Positions 13,250 through 27,320 of a stretch of DNA of 64,000 nt are shown here, piece by piece. The stretch covers positions 248,001-312,000 of the forward strand of contig NW_027590419.1 in assembly GCF_964213995.1 (NCBI RefSeq), in the 5' to 3' direction. The DNA is from Mustelus asterias. Its lineage: Eukaryota. Position 1 is the first letter of the stretch, and every line of letters starts with the position of its first letter. The translations under genes were made by a program, and so were the position numbers. The notes below the pieces were generated by a model that had not been told where the DNA came from, searched no databases, and saw only the letters and a list, made by a program, of their open reading frames with translations.

Positions 13250-14363
13250 CACAGAACAGCAGGAGGCCATTCGGCCCATCATGTCTGCCCCGATCCCGGA
13301 AGAGCCACCCAGCGAGTCCCATTCTCCAGCCCTGTCTCCTCAGCCCCCTAAATCAATCACTTTCAAATATGTATCCGCCTCTCTTTTGAATCCTCCTATG
13401 GAATCTGCCTCCACCACTCTCCCAGGCAGCGCATTCCAAATCCTAACAACTCTCCGAGTAAAGAAGTTTCTCCTCATCTCACTCCCAGCTCCCTTTCTGA
13501 CCATCTTGAAATTGTGACCCCTTCGTCACTGACACACCAACGAGTGGAAACAGAATATCCTTCTTCACCCTGTCAACATTGTTCATCATTCTGAACACCT
13601 CGATAAGGTCACCTCTTCACCTTCTCTGCTCCAAGGAGAATAAGACCAATTTCTCTCATCTTTCCTTGGATCTAAAATCTCTCATTCCTGGAATCATTCT
13701 AGTGAATCTCCTTTGCACTCTCTCTCTCTCTCTGCCTCTCTCGAGGACTTTAACGTCCTTCCTTAAATAAGGTGCCCAGAACTGATCCCAGTGCTCCGAA
13801 TGTGATCTGTCCAATGATTTGTAGAGGTGTAGCATCACTTCCTTGCTTTTATACTCTATGCCTCTCTTTATAAACCCAAGGATCCTATCAGGCTTCTTAA
13901 CAACTGTTTCATCTTGCCTGGCCACCTTCAGAGAATGAATCACTTGAAACCCAAGGCCCATCTGCTCCTGTAGTCCCCTCAACGTTGTACCATTGAGTCT
14001 GTATCGTCTCCCCATGTTTCTTCCACCAAAATGCATTCCCTCCCATTTCGCTGCATTGAAATTTATCTGCCAGGTGTCTGCCCATTTGGCCAACTTGTCC
14101 ATGTCCCTCTGAAGTCGCTCAGTGTCATCCTCACAATTCACTCTTCTCCCGAGCTCAGCATCATCTGCAAATTTGGAGATTGTGCGTTCAACCCCCGTCG
14201 CTGAGCTGTTAATATAAATCAGAAAAAGCAAGGATCCCAACACTGATCCCTGGGGAACACCACTTTCAACTCGTCTCCAGTCTGAGAAATGCCCATCTCT
14301 ACCTCCCCTCTGTTTCCTATCTCTTACCAAACTTCTAATCCATGCTGCCAAGGACTCATCCAT
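13250..14363 (-). mobile_element. CR1-type LINE ORF2 reverse transcriptase fragment and 3' end (duplicate ~47076-48189)
   Basis: ESGVPQGSVLG(S/P)LLFLIYIN...ISKFADD...[14 protein letters not shown]. Confidence 0.9.
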
Positions 14364-14394
14364 CCCTAATATTTCTCATTTGCTGATTTGCATG

Positions 14395-15365
14395 TTAGTG
14401 GAGCGGTGTAAAAGGCATGCGGAACGCTTGCCTTTTTCAGTCGAGGCATAGATTACAAAAGCAGGGTAGACATGTTGGAGCTGTATAAAACTTTGGTGAG
14501 GCCACAGCTGGAGTACTGTGTGCGGTTCTGGTCGCCACATTATAGGAAGGGTGTGAATGGACTGGACAGGATGCAGAGGAGATTCACCAGGATGCATCTG
14601 AGCTGGAGTGTTTCAGCTATGAAGAGAGCTATGGGCCACACGGTGGCACAGTTGTTATCACTGCTGCATCACAGCGCCAGGGACCCAGGTTCGATTCCCG
14701 GCTTAGGCCACTGTCTGTGTGGAGTCTGCACGTTCTCTCCGTGTCTGCGTGCCTTTCCTCTGGGTGCTGCGGTTTCCTCCCACAGTGTGAATGATGTGCT
14801 GGTTAGGGTGCATTGGCCGTGGTAAATTTTCTCTCAGTGTAACCCGAACACCAGAGTGTGGCATCTGGGGAATTTTCACAGTAACTTCACAGTGTTAATG
14901 CAAGCCTACTTGTGACACTAATAAACAAAATTAAAACTGAGATGTTGAGTAGGCTTGTGTTGTATTCATTGGAGCAGAGAAGACTGAGGGGGCGACCTGA
15001 TTGAGGTGGACAAGATTATGAGAGACATGAGCAGTGTGGATCGGGAGCAGCTGTTCCCCTTAGTTGAAGGGTCAGTCACGAGGGGACATAAGTTCAAGGT
15101 GAGGGGCAGGAGGTTTAGGGGAGATGTGAGGAAAATCTGTTTTACCCACAGGGTGGTGACAGTCTGGAATGCGCTGCCTGGGAGGTTGGTCGAGGCAAGT
15201 TGCCTCACACCCTTTAAAAAGTAGCTGGATAAGCACTTGGCACATCATCACATTCAGGGCTATGGGCCAAGTGCTGGTAAATGGGGTGAGGTCGGTATGT
15301 TAGGTGGTCCTCACGTGTCGGTGCAGACTCGATGGGCCGAAGGGTCTCTTCTGCACTGTATGAAT
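14395..15365 (+). mobile_element. CR1 LINE 3' fragment interrupted by a SINE (14632-14935)
   Basis: [24 protein letters not shown]...; continues LFPLVEGSVTRGHKFKV after the SINE. Confidence 0.85.
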
Positions 15366-15422
15366 CTGTGACGAGGAAATGTTTTTAACGTCGTGACTGC
15401 TGGTATCTGGAATGTTCTGCCT

Positions 15423-15646
15423 TGATTCGCTGTAAGGATTCGCATTCCAACCATTATTCATGTAAATTGAGTCTGTGTCTTTATCTGCCCTGTTTGTGAA
15501 CAGAATTCCCACTCACCTGAAGAAGGGGCTTGGAGCTCCGAAAGCTTGTGTGGCTTTTGCTACCAAATAAAGCTGTTGGACTTTAAGCTGGTGTTGTTAA
15601 ACTTCTTACTGTGTTTACCCCAGTCCAACGCCGGCATCTCCACATC
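15423..15646 (+). mobile_element. Penelope-like element terminal fragment with 11-bp TSD
   Basis: TSD ATGTTCTGCCT at 15412-15422 and 15647-15657; internal hammerhead core; related empty site near 21860. Confidence 0.75.
15509..15553 (+). ncRNA. Minimal type I hammerhead ribozyme motif
   Basis: CAC-CTGAAGA-a-GGGGC(ttgga)GCTCC-GAAA-GC-TT-GTG: conserved core, stem II, palindromic AAGCTT stem III, stem I CAC/GTG. Confidence 0.65.
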
Positions 15647-18099
15647 ATGTTCTGCCTAAGTCAGAGGTGGGAGAAGATTCCATCAAGAGGAAATTGAATG
15701 GGAAGCTGAAGGGAAAATATTGACAGGGTTACGGGGAGAGGGTGGAGGATTGGGAACAGTGAAACTGCTCTTGCAGTGTGTCGATCCAGGCTTGACGGGC
15801 TGAATGGCCTCCTGTGCTGTCACTATTCTATGATTCACACACAAGTTAACTTCTCAGTGTCTATTAGGCCCCACTCGTTCCTCCATGATCAGTTCCAGCA
15901 TTTCAAGTTCAGATCCCAGTACTTTTTAGTTGGGGCATTGAGGAGTAAAACAGAAATAGGAATGAGAGTGTCGGTGCGCTTATGTTTTTGTATTTCTGTG
16001 TGTGTGTGTGAGAGAGAGAGACAGTTTCTAAGTGTGTGCAAGTGTCTATTTCAATGTGTGTTTCTGTGTGTGTGATTGTGTTTCTCTGCGTGTGTCTGTG
16101 AGTGAGTGTGTGTCTGTGTGTCTCTCTCTCTCTGTGTCTTTGTGCATGTGTGTCTGTGAGTGTGTGTTTGTGTCTCTCTGCGTGTGTGCGTGTGTGTCCG
16201 TGAGTGTGTGTTTGTGTCTCTCTGTGTGTGTGTCCGTGAGTGTCTGNNNNNNNNNNNNNNNNNNNNNNNNNNNNNNNNNNNNNNNNNNNNNNNNNNNNNN
16301 NNNNNNNNNNNNNNNNNNNNNNNNNNNNNNNNNNNNNNNNNNNNNNNNNNNNNNNNNNNNNNNNNNNNNNNNNNNNNNNNNNNNNNNNNNNNNNNNNNNN
16401 NNNNNNNNNNNNNNNNNNNNNNNNNNGTGGAGCAGGCTCGATGGGTCAAATGGCCTCCAACTGCACATATTTGAGATTCAAATACATTGNNNNNNNNNNN
16501 NNNNNNNNNNNNNNNNNNNNNNNNNNNNNNNNNNNNNNNNNNNNNNNNNNNNNNNNNNNNNNNNNNNNNNNNNNNNNNNNNNNNNNNNNNNNNNNNNNNN
16601 NNNNNNNNNNNNNNNNNNNNNNNNNNNNNNNNNNNNNNNNNNNNNNNNNNNNNNNNNNNNNNNNNNNNNNNNNNNNNNNNNNNNNNNNNNNNNNNNNNNN
16701 NNNNNNNNNNNNNNNNNNNNNNNNNNNNNNNNNNNNNNNNNNNNNNNNNNNNNNNNNNNNNNNNNNNNNNNNNTTGATATATTTATTGACCATTTAATGT
16801 GACTGAATGCTACACATCCTGGTTTGCCAATGACACAAAACATTAGACAGCATTGTAAGCAGTGTAGCTGGAAACATCACATTGCAAAGAGTTATTCATA
16901 TTTTGTACATGGACAAAACTGGTGGAGAGGTTTCAGTGCAGGGAAATGTAAACTGACACAACTTAGATTTAAAAGGGAGAGAACAGCGTACTTTAATAAA
17001 TGATGAAATGACAGAAACAGTGGAAGCTCCAAATGTCCAGATATTTCACAGCTGGATTCACACAAAACACACAGCAATGGGTCTGATATTGCGGAATTGT
17101 TGTAAATGTGGTGAATCTCAGTACGGAGGCTGTCTTCATGTTACAATGTTAATCTGATCACTCTCATCAAAACAGGATCAACATTTCTGTACAATGTGAG
17201 TGAATCATCAGCTCAAATAGTTCAGGTTCAATGTTTAAAATAACCAGTCACTTTTCTGTGGCTGCTTTGGGAATGTCAGTGGAATGTAGTTCACAGTAAA
17301 GTGTGAACAATTGTATTGGGGAATAATTGGAAGCAGTTTCCATTGAGAGCTTCCTGCATTCTGGAAATGTGTGTGATCCATTCAGAGATAGGAAATGGAC
17401 GGATGAATAAAGATGCAGTTTGTTGTGAATTACATGAGATTGTCTGCCTTGAAGATTCACAAGTTCCATGTGCTGAGAGAAAGGAATGATTAAACAATGT
17501 CGAGAATTCAAATCCTTCAGACAAGTGAAAAAGCAGGAGAATAACTGAATCCACAAACGCTGCCACAGACAGTATTCGAAGCTTCAACTTCATGTTTGAA
17601 TGTGAAGGGTTGATTGAAATAAACAGGAGGCCACACTGGGATGCTGAGCAATTTGATCCCTGTTTTTCCTAAACTTCAAATAAAAATCTGTGATGAAACA
17701 TTCCTTGGACAGAGCAGAGGGGATTTTACTCTGTATTTACCCCATTACAGTATTTGTGTTGGGAACATTTGATGAACAGTGCAGATTAAACATTATTCTT
17801 AACCGCTGGAATTTAAGTTGGGGGCTGATTTAATCAAACATTGAAAATAATGAGGGAAAGGGAGAGGCTGATAAAGAACAAGTTTTTCTGCTGTCTGGGA
17901 ACTCCGGGATTTGGGAATATTTGAATGTTAACCTCAGTTTAGAATTTTAGAATTGTAGAAATGGAAACATTGCCAGATGTGGTGTGGAGTTAGTTTGAAA
18001 CAATCTTCTGCAAATGGCTATTGATGCTCAGTCACTTGTTATTATTTTAAATCTGGGGTTGATAGATTTTCCTTAGTCCAAGGGGTTAAGAGACAGAGA

Positions 18100-18640
18100 G
18101 TTAGATCACAGATCAGCCAGGATCTTATTGAATATTGGAACAGGCTTTCAGGAAGATTGTTCCAGATTCCAAACACCCTCTTGATGAAGTGCTTTTCCTC
18201 ACTTCACTTCTGATCCATTTCCCCATCATTTAGAATCTGTGCCCTCTAGTTCATGACCATCTCTTGAGAGGGAAGAGTTTCTCACTCTTTAACCTGTGGA
18301 TACCCCTTAGGATCTTGAATCTCTCTCTCAAGTCTCACCTCAGCCTTCTTTTCTCCAAGGAAAACAGTCCCAACCTCTCCAATCTACCCTCGTAGCTACG
18401 GATCTTATTCCCTGGAATCATTCTTGTGAATCTCCTCTGCACTCTCTCCAATGTCTTCACATCCCTCCTCAAGTACGGTGCCCAGAACTGGGCGCAGTCT
18501 CCAGATGAGGCCTAACAAGTGTCTTATACAAGTTCAATATGAACTCCTTACTCTTGTCCTCAATTCCTCCATTAATAAAAGCTGGGATACCATATACTTC
18601 ATTTACTGCTCTCTCAAAGTGCCCTGCCACCTTCACTGAC
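18100..18640 (-). mobile_element. CR1 LINE fragment (duplicate ~51800-52330)
   Basis: The duplicate translates LNLYKTLIRPHLE...[14 protein letters not shown]. Confidence 0.8.
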
Positions 18641-19264
18641 ATATGTACATATTAGAATCATGGAATCCCTCCAGTGCAGAAGGAGGCCATACAGCCCATC
18701 GAGCCTGCGCTGACAACATTCCCACCCAGGCCCTATCCCCGTGATGCAACGTATTTACCCTGATAATACTGGCATGAATTGAGAAATGGTTAACAGAGAG
18801 AAAACAGAGCTGAGGTACAAATGGGTCATTTTCAGGGTGGCAGGCTGTGACCAGCGGCTTATCACAAGGATCAGTACTCGGGAGCCCAGCTATTCACAAT
18901 CCATATCATTGATTTGGACGTTTGGGATCAAATGTAATATTTCCGAGTTTGCAGATGACAGGAAAGCAGGTGGAAGTGTGAGTTGTGAGGAGGATGTAGA
19001 CTCTTCAAGGAGATGTGGAGAGGCTGAATTAGTGGTGAAACCACACACGGAGTGTTGTGGACAGTTTTATCCTCTTACCTAAGGAAAGACATTCTTGTCC
19101 GAGAGGGACTTCAATGACATTTCACTGCATTAATTCCTGGGATGGAGGGATTATCCTCTGAGGAAAGAAAATAAACTGGACTTTTACTTTATGCACTTGA
19201 GAAGCATGAGAGGTGACCTCATTCAAACTTGGACAATTCTTACAGGGCTCAGCAGGGTCGAGTC

Positions 19265-19978
19265 ATAGAGGTTTACAGCATGGAAACGCGCTTTGGCCCA
19301 ACTTGTCCATGCCGTCCAGTTTTTACCATTAAGCAAATCACAATTGCCTGTGTTTCGCCCATATCCCTCTATACCAATCTTACCCATGTAACTGTCTAAA
19401 TGCTTTTTAAAACATAAAATTGTACCCGCCACTACTACTGCCCCTGGCAGCTCATTCCAGACACTCACCACCCTCTGTGTGAAAAGAATTGCCCTCTGGA
19501 CCCTTTTGTATCTCTCACCTTAAACCTATGCCCTCTAGTTTTAGACTCCCCGACCTTTGGGAGAAGATATTGCCTATGTAGCTGATCAATGCCCCTCATT
19601 ATTTTATAGACCTCTATAAAATCACCCCTCAGTCTTCTACACTTCAGGGACAAAAGTCCCAGTCTGTACAACCTCTCCTTAAAACCCAAACCATCATGTC
19701 CCGGTAGCATCCTAGTAAATCTTTTTTGCACTCTTTCTAGTTTAATAATATCCATTCTAAAATAGGGTGACCAGAACTGTACACAGTATTCCAAGCGTGG
19801 CCTTAACAATGTCTTGTACAACTTCAACAAGACGTCCCAACTCCTGCATTCAATGTTCTGACCAATGAAACCAAGCATGCTGAATGCCTTCTTCACCACT
19901 CTGTCCACCTGTGACTCCACTGTCAAGAAGCTATGAACCTGGACCCCGAGATCTCTTTGTTTTATAACTCTCCCCAAC
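19265..19978 (-). mobile_element. CR1 LINE 3' fragment
   Basis: LYKTLLRPRLEYCVQFWSPY...LERVQKRFTRMLPG...RGHRFKV. Confidence 0.88.
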
Positions 19979-20129
19979 CCCCAAACATTAGCTGAGTAGA
20001 TACAGGAAGGATGTTTCCCCTGGCTGGCGGGGGGGGGGGGGGGGGGGGGGGGCGGGGGGTGGTGTCTCGAACCATGGCATAGTCGCAGAGTAAGGGGGCA
20101 GGACATTTAGGACTGAGATAAGAACATAA

Positions 20130-20760
20130 GAAATAGGAGCAGGAGTAGGCCATCTAGCCCCTCGAGCCTGCCCTGCCATTCAATAAGATCATGGCTGATC
20201 TGAAGTGGATCAGTTCCACTTACCCGCCTGATCCCCATAACCCCTAATTCCCTTACCGATCAGGAATCCATCTCTCCGTGATTTAAACATATTCAACGAG
20301 GTAGCCTCCACCACTTCAGTGGGCAGAGAATTCCAGAGATTCACCACCCTTCTTCCACTACCTCTCCCAGCAGCGAGTTCCAGGCACCCACCACTCTCTG
20401 TGTAAAACACTTGCCTCATACATCTCCTTTCAACCTTGTCCCTCACACCTTAAACCTGTGCCCCCGAGTAATTGACTCTTCAACCCTGGGAAAAAGCTTC
20501 TGACTATCCACTCTGTCCATGCCTCTCATAATCTTGTAGACTTCTATCAGGTCACCCCCCTTGCCTCCGTCATTCCAGTGAGAACAAACCAAGTTTCTCC
20601 AAACTCTCCTCATAGCTAATGCCCTCCATACCAGGCAACATCCTGGTAAATCTTTTCTGTACCGTCTCCAAAGCCTCCACATCCTTCTAGTAGTGTGGCA
20701 ACCAGAATTGAACACTATATTCCAAGTGCGGCCTAACAATGGTTCTATAAAGCTGCACTC
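20130..20760 (-). mobile_element. CR1 LINE 3' fragments
   Basis: GDLIEVYKIMRGMDRVDSQKLFPRVEESITRGHRFKV; RVVNLWNSLP. Confidence 0.85.
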
Positions 20761-23700
20761 AATGCGTGTGGCGTCAAAAGTTTGCTTATTTCCTAAATAA
20801 CACTGACAACATTTCAAAAGCGCTCCATTGTCGGTGAAACTCTTTTGGAAACCCTAAAGCCATGAATAGTCCTTTAGAAATGTCCATCCCCCAAGTTGCT
20901 GTGAGGACATTCAGAGTCAGTGTGTGACTTGGGTCAAAGATAGACCAGCGAGGTCTCTCCCTTAATGACATTGAGTGACTCTTTAGCTTTTTATGATGAG
21001 CAGAAACCTTTCATCTCTCTTGTGTCAAATTCATTCCAATTCTGTCCCTGACATTAATCAGTTGTGACTTTCTGTAGGAGCTGGAATGTTCTCTCTGGCG
21101 ACAGAGAATCCATTGAGAGGAGGATCAGGTGTGACCTTTCTCTCCTGGAATCCATCTTTCCTGTTTGTATCTTGTAGATTGTGTGTGGAGAGAGCAGAGG
21201 GAAAAGGCTGAGTGGATTTGTAATGGACAGGGGTTTGCTTTCATTCACAAACTGGAGCTGAAGCCAACGTGTGCAGATGTGAAGAATGGAGATCAGAAAA
21301 GGACCATGGGGAGAATTGGAGACTATTCTGCCCATCCAGATGTGCTGTCTTTTTGGAAGAGAAATCTAGTTAATCTCTATTTACAGAGGGAGAAGGGATT
21401 CCTCCTCCATTATATATCTGTTTAGTTTTAGGCTGTCTGAGTGTGAGTGTTAGTGTGTGTGCATATTTTTCTCAATCTGCCTGTCTCTCAGTCCCCCTGG
21501 TCCCAGAATCTGTTTCTCTCTCCACAGATGCTGCCTGACCTGTTTGGTATGTTCTTATTTTCTGTTTCAGTATCTGAGGAGTTGCGCATGGTGCTGAACA
21601 TTGTGCAATCATCAGCGAACATCCCCACTTCAGACCTTGTGATGGAGGGAAGGTCAGTGTTGGAGCAGCTGAAGATGGTTAGGGCCTCGGACACTCACCC
21701 TGAGGAACTCCTGCAGGGACGTCCCGGGACTGAGAGGATCGGCTTTGAGATATTCGGCACATTGGGGGAAAGGTTGAAAACCAGAGGATGCTGAATTCAG
21801 GTAAATGGCGACAGCGGCAACACGAGGAAATGTTTCTAACGTAGTGAGTGTCCAGTATCTGGAATGTACTGTCTGAGCGTGAGGTAGAAGCAGATTCCAT
21901 CAAGGACTTCCAGGAGAAGTTGAATGGGAAGCTGAAGGGGAAATATTTACAGGGTCACGGGGAAAGGGTGGAGGAGTGGGAACAGTGACATTGCTCTTGC
22001 AGAGTATCGCACTGGCTTGATGGGGCTGAATGGCCTCCTGTGCTGTCACCGTTCTATGATTCAGATGCAAGTTATCTTCTCAGTGTCTATTAGACCCCAC
22101 TCTTTCCTCCATGATCAGTTACAGCATTTTAAGTTCAGATCCCAGAACGTTTTATTTGGGGATTTGAGGAGTGATTTGTTTTCCAGCCTGGCCGAGAATT
22201 TGATGCTGTAACTGAAGCCACAATTGAATGATTCTGAGGTCAGATTATGATCCACTGAGACACAGCTGGCTCCAAGCTTCCCTGAAAAATGTCGCTGTTG
22301 TGTTCCCGGCCAGATGATTTCTCCGTCTTGTGTCGGCCGGCTGTGCCACAAGGATCTGGACTTTGTTCCCAGATGTTCACAATGTTTATCAATGATTTGG
22401 ATGTGGGGACCTAATGTAATATTTCCAAGTTTGCGGTTGACACAAAGCTCGGTGGGAATGTGAGTTGTGAGGAAAATGCAAAGTGGCTTCAAGAGGATTT
22501 GGACAGACATTGTCTCTCAGTGCCTCTCTCAATCTGGCTCTCTCTTTCTCTCACTCTCCTTGACTCTGTCATCTGTTGGTCTCTGCATCTCTCGCTCTCT
22601 CTCTCTCTCTGGGAATCTGTAAAAACATATCCACTAACATGCACACAGACAGAAACACACACACACAAACACACACACATATGCGACTGTGAGAATTGTC
22701 ACAGATCAATCCCAATATCAGTGAGTCATCTCCAATGCAATAGTTTGTGACCAGGTTGTGCAACATGCATTGAAATGTGGCAATATGGAAGTTGGTTCAC
22801 TCAGTTGGCTGGACAGCTGGTTTGAGATGCACAAAGTCTCCAACACGTCATGAAAGCCCAACCCTTTCAACCTTTCCCCTGGCCTGAGGTGTGGTAAATC
22901 ACCGCCAGTGAGTTCTCCCCCTCAAAGGGGAGAGCAGCAGATCGTCATCTGGGACTGTGGTCACTTTCCCTTCACCGATGTTCAACTTTATTTCCCTTCC
23001 TCAATTTCTGCTCATCTCCAAGAGACTCGAGCGAAATTCACCCAATCTTTCAACACCAATATTACACACACAATACTGGAGCAATTGGACATTTCACACA
23101 ACACCCAATAGCTGGTAACAAGACCAAACAAAAACTGTTCCAAACAAGAGTGGTGGCACCAGCTGACCCACACAAATATATAACTTGAAAGGAATATTCG
23201 TCTATCCATCCAGCTGACTCTCTTTCTCTGTCTATCTAACAGAGAGATTTTTCAGTGCAGTAACAACTGAAACAGGGTAGAATGTAGGAATAAGAAAGAC
23301 AGGAACTTGTGTAAAATAAAACTGAGACACAGGTGAGTTGAGTAATGAATGAAACAAGGCCGAACACAGCAGTATCTCCGATGATGCTGAATGTAAGAGA
23401 AACAGATCAAATCTATTCCTGGGGAAGTGCAGCAACAGCTTAGAAATTGTCGGGTGTGGTGTAGATCGAGGCATGGCTGCGTGCGTCAATAACTGTGACT
23501 TCACTGAGTGCATTGGAAACAGTGACATAGTTGAGTGAAGCAATAACTAAGTAAAGACCAATTGTAGTATATACAGAGGGATGGCCCCATGCATTAAGAA
23601 GAGAAACTGTATCTAGTTTATAGGGGTGGTGCAGTGGTTAGCACTGCAGCCTCTCAGCGCCAGGGACCCGGGTTCGATTCCCGACTAGCGTCACTGTCTG

Positions 23701-24399
23701 TGTGGAGTCTGCATGTTCTCCCCGTGTCTGGGTTTCCTCTGAGTGCTCCGGTTTCCTCCCACAGTCTGAAAGACATGCTGTTCGGTGGATTGGCCATGCT
23801 AAATTCTCCCTCAGTGAAGCCGAACGGCGCCGGAGTGTGGCAACTAGGGGATTTTCACAGCAACTTCATTGCAGTGTTAATGTAAGCCTACTTGTGACAC
23901 TAATAAATAACATTGAAACTGTATAAAGTGTTATATACACAGATACAGTGCTGAGGTAAAGAGAAATGGAGACATGCTCCACATTCATTACCCAGACATG
24001 GTCTAGTTTATTTTTTATAAAGAGTGACATGGTTAAATGCAGTGATAATTTAAGCAGGTTCCCTCCCTAACAGCACTGTGGGTGTACCTACACCACATAG
24101 ACAGCAGCGGGTTCAAGACGGCAGCTCACCACCACCTCCTCCAGGGCAACTAGGAATGGGCAATAAATGCTGACCTAGCCAGTGACACCCACATCACAAG
24201 AATCAATAAATATTCATCTAACCCAGCACATTGTCCAATGAAATATCAATCCATACATGGTATTAATACAGTGAGAACTCAAAAAGGGTTGATTGTAGTG
24301 TCCACAGCAGCATGGTGTAATGTAGTATTCACTGAGACAACTGAGCGTATAAACAGCGACTGGGTTGAGTGCAGTGATAACTGGGAAAGGAGCGACTGT

Positions 24400-24593
24400 C
24401 CGGGATTCTCCGGCTGTTCACTCGTGGGGAATTCTCTGCTCTCGTTCCCCTGCCTCTGGTTTCCTGCTAGCGTGAGGTGACTTCAATGGGAAATCCCATT
24501 GACAGCGACAGGACCAAAAACTCCCTCCGCTAGTGAACGGTGTGTCACCTCTCACTGCCCAGAAAGCTGCTGAGGGGAGACTGGAGGATCCCA
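24400..24593. mobile_element. Palindromic MITE-like element
   Basis: Ends GGGATTCTCC / GGAGGATCCC; central palindrome TCAATGGGAAATCCCATTGA. Confidence 0.5.
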
Positions 24594-24689
24594 GAAACTA
24601 TGTTAAAAATAGCCATATTGGCAACAGCAGGAAAATATTACATCCCAAACACAGTAATATTCGCAATGATATTCTCCAATCAGCTGAAG

Positions 24690-26470
24690 GGCAGAGATTA
24701 CTGATACAAGACCCAGATTGTAATAACAGAGGGAGGTTTAGGGCAGAGATTACTGACACCAGGCCCAGAGTGTAATAACTGAGAGAGGTTTAGGGCAGAG
24801 TTTGCTGAATCAAGGCCCAGATTGTAATAACTGAGAGAGGTATCGGGCAGAGATTACTGACACAGTGCCCATATTGTAATAACTGAGAGAGGTTTATGGC
24901 AGAGATTACTGATACAAGTCCCAGATTGTAATAACTGAGAGAGGTTTAAGGCAGAGATTACTGATACCAGGCCCAGATTGTAATAACTGAGAGAGGTTTA
25001 TGGCAGAGATTACTGATACCAGGCCCAGATTGTAATAACTGAGAGTGGTTTAGGGCAGAGATTACTGATACAAAGCCCAGATTGTAATAACTGAGAGAGG
25101 TTTCGGGCAGAGATTACTGATACCAGGCCCAGATTGTAATAACAGAGAGGTTTAGGGCAAAGTTTGCTGAATCAAGGCCCAGATTGTAATAACTGAGAGA
25201 GTTGTAGGGCAGAGATTACTGACACAGTGCCCATATTGTAATAACTGAGAGAGGTTTATGGCAGAGATTACTGATACAAGTCCCAGATTGTAATAACTGA
25301 GAGAGGTTTAAGGCAGAGATTACTGATACAACGCCCAGATTGTAATAACTGAGAGAGGTTTCGGTCAGAGATTACTGATACCAGGCCCAGATTGTAATAA
25401 CTGAGAGAGGTTTCGGGCAGAGTTTACTGATATAAGTCCCAGGTTGTAATGACTGAGAGATGTTTAGGGCAGAGTTTACTGATACAAGGCCCAGATTGTA
25501 ATAACTGAGAGAGGTTTAGGGCAGAGTTTACTGAATCAAGGCCCAGATTGTAATAACTGAGAGAGTTGTAGGGCAGAGATTACTGATACAAGGCCCATAT
25601 TGTAATAACCGAGAGAGGTTTCGGGCAGAGATTACTGATACAAGGCCCAGATTGTAATAACCGAGAGAGGTTTCGGGCAGAGTTTACTGATACAAAGCCC
25701 AGATTGTAATAACTGAGCAAGGTTTCGGGCAGAGTTTACCGATTGAAAACCCAGATTGTAATAACTGAGAGAGGTTTCGGGCAGAGATTACTGATACAAG
25801 GCCCAGATTGTAATAACTGAGAGGTTTAGGGCAGAGATTACTGATACAAGTCCCAGATTGTAATAACTGAGAGAGGTTTCGGGCAGAGTTTACTGATACA
25901 ATGCCCAGATTGTAATAACTGAGAGAGGTTTCGGGCTAAGTTTACTGATACAAAACCCAGATTGTAATAACTGAGAGAGGGTTAGGGCAGAGATTACTGA
26001 TACAAAGCCCAGATTGTAATAACTGAGAGAGGTTTCAGGCAGAGTTTACTGATACAAGGCCCAGATTGTAATAACTGAGAGAGGTTTCGGGCAGAGATGA
26101 CTGATACAAGTCCCAGATTGTAATAACTGAGAGAGGTTTCGGGCAGAGTTTACTGATACCAGGCCCAGATTGTAATAACTGAGAGAGGTTTCAGGCAGAG
26201 ATTACTGATACAAGGCCCAGATTGTAATAACTGAGTGAGGTTTCGGACAGAGTTTACTGATACAAGGCCCAGATTGTAATAACTGAGAGAGGTTTCGGGC
26301 AGAGTTTACTGATACAAAGCCCAGATTGTAATAACTGAGAGAGGTTTCGGGCAGACTTTACTGATACAAGGCCCAGATTGTAATAACTGAGAGAGGTTTC
26401 GGGCAGAGTTTACGGATACAAGGCCCAGATTGTAATAACTGAGAGAGGTTTCAGGCAGAGTTTACGGATA
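24690..26470. repeat. 52-bp minisatellite array (~34 units)
   Basis: Unit CCCAGATTGTAATAACTGAGAGAGGTTTCGGGCAGAGATTACTGATACAAGG. Confidence 0.95.
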
Positions 26471-27004
26471 CATGATCCCGGCAGGATTTACTGTTTGATA
26501 ATCCAGCTGTTTGGCCCCGTTATGAGCACACCTTCCATGGCCATCAAGTCCGGAAGTCGGCCTTGAACCCTTGAAGAATGAGAGGCGATCCCATTGAAAC
26601 AGACTTAAAATTCTTACAGGGAGTGACAGGGTGGATGTAGATTGGATGTTTCCCCTGGCTGGTGAGACACAATCTCAGAATCAGGGGCAGACCATTGAAG
26701 ACTGAGATGAGGAGGAATTTCTTCACTCAGAGGGTGGTGAATCTTTGGAATTTTCTATTCCAGGGGGATGTGGAAGCCCAATCATTCAGCATGTTCAAGA
26801 CGCAAATCGATTGTGNNNNNNNNNNNNNNNNNNNNNNNNNNNNNNNNNNNNNNNNNNNNNNNNNNNNNNNNNNNNNNNNNNNNNNNNNNNNNNNNNNNNN
26901 NNNNNNNNNNNNNNNNNNNNNNNNNNNNNNNNNNNNNNNNNNNTGTGTTTATTACTGTGTGCGTCTGAGTGTTACTGGGTGAGAATATCTGTTTCTGTGT
27001 GTTT

Positions 27005-27320
27005 TCATGGAATCCTAGACTCCTGCAGTGCAGAAGGAGGCCATTTGGCCCATTGAGTCTGCACCGACCACAATCCCACCCAGGCCCTATCCCCATTACC
27101 CCATGCATTTACCCGAGCTCGTCTCCCTGACGCGGAGGGACAATTTAGCACGGCCAATGCACCCGAACCAGAACGTCTTTCAGACTGTAGGAGGAAACCG
27201 GAGCACCCGGAGGAAACCCACGCAGACACGGGGAGAACGTGCAAACTCCGCACAGACAGTGACCCAAGCCGGGAACCGAACCCGACTCCCTGGCACTGTG
27301 AGGCAGCAGTGCTAACTGTG
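27005..27320 (-). mobile_element. HE1-type SINE (duplicate 32452-32766)
   Basis: Reverse-complement V-domain and tail. Confidence 0.85.

Larger units (their letters stand above)
7052..19978 (+). repeat. Segmental duplication, copy A (~12.9 kb)
   Basis: Colinear and near-identical to 40678-53488; many paired ORFs (e.g. 13656/47482, 10036/43277, 16892/50586). Confidence 0.93.

Noticed and set aside
21030-23230. Possible exons and short ORFs (21054-21425, 23012-23209)
   Set aside because: Splice-like signals exist but no recognisable protein motif; cannot be supported without a search.
24690-26470. CRISPR-like appearance of the 52-bp (and 69-bp) arrays
   Set aside because: No unique spacers, eukaryotic context, no cas genes; plain tandem repeats.
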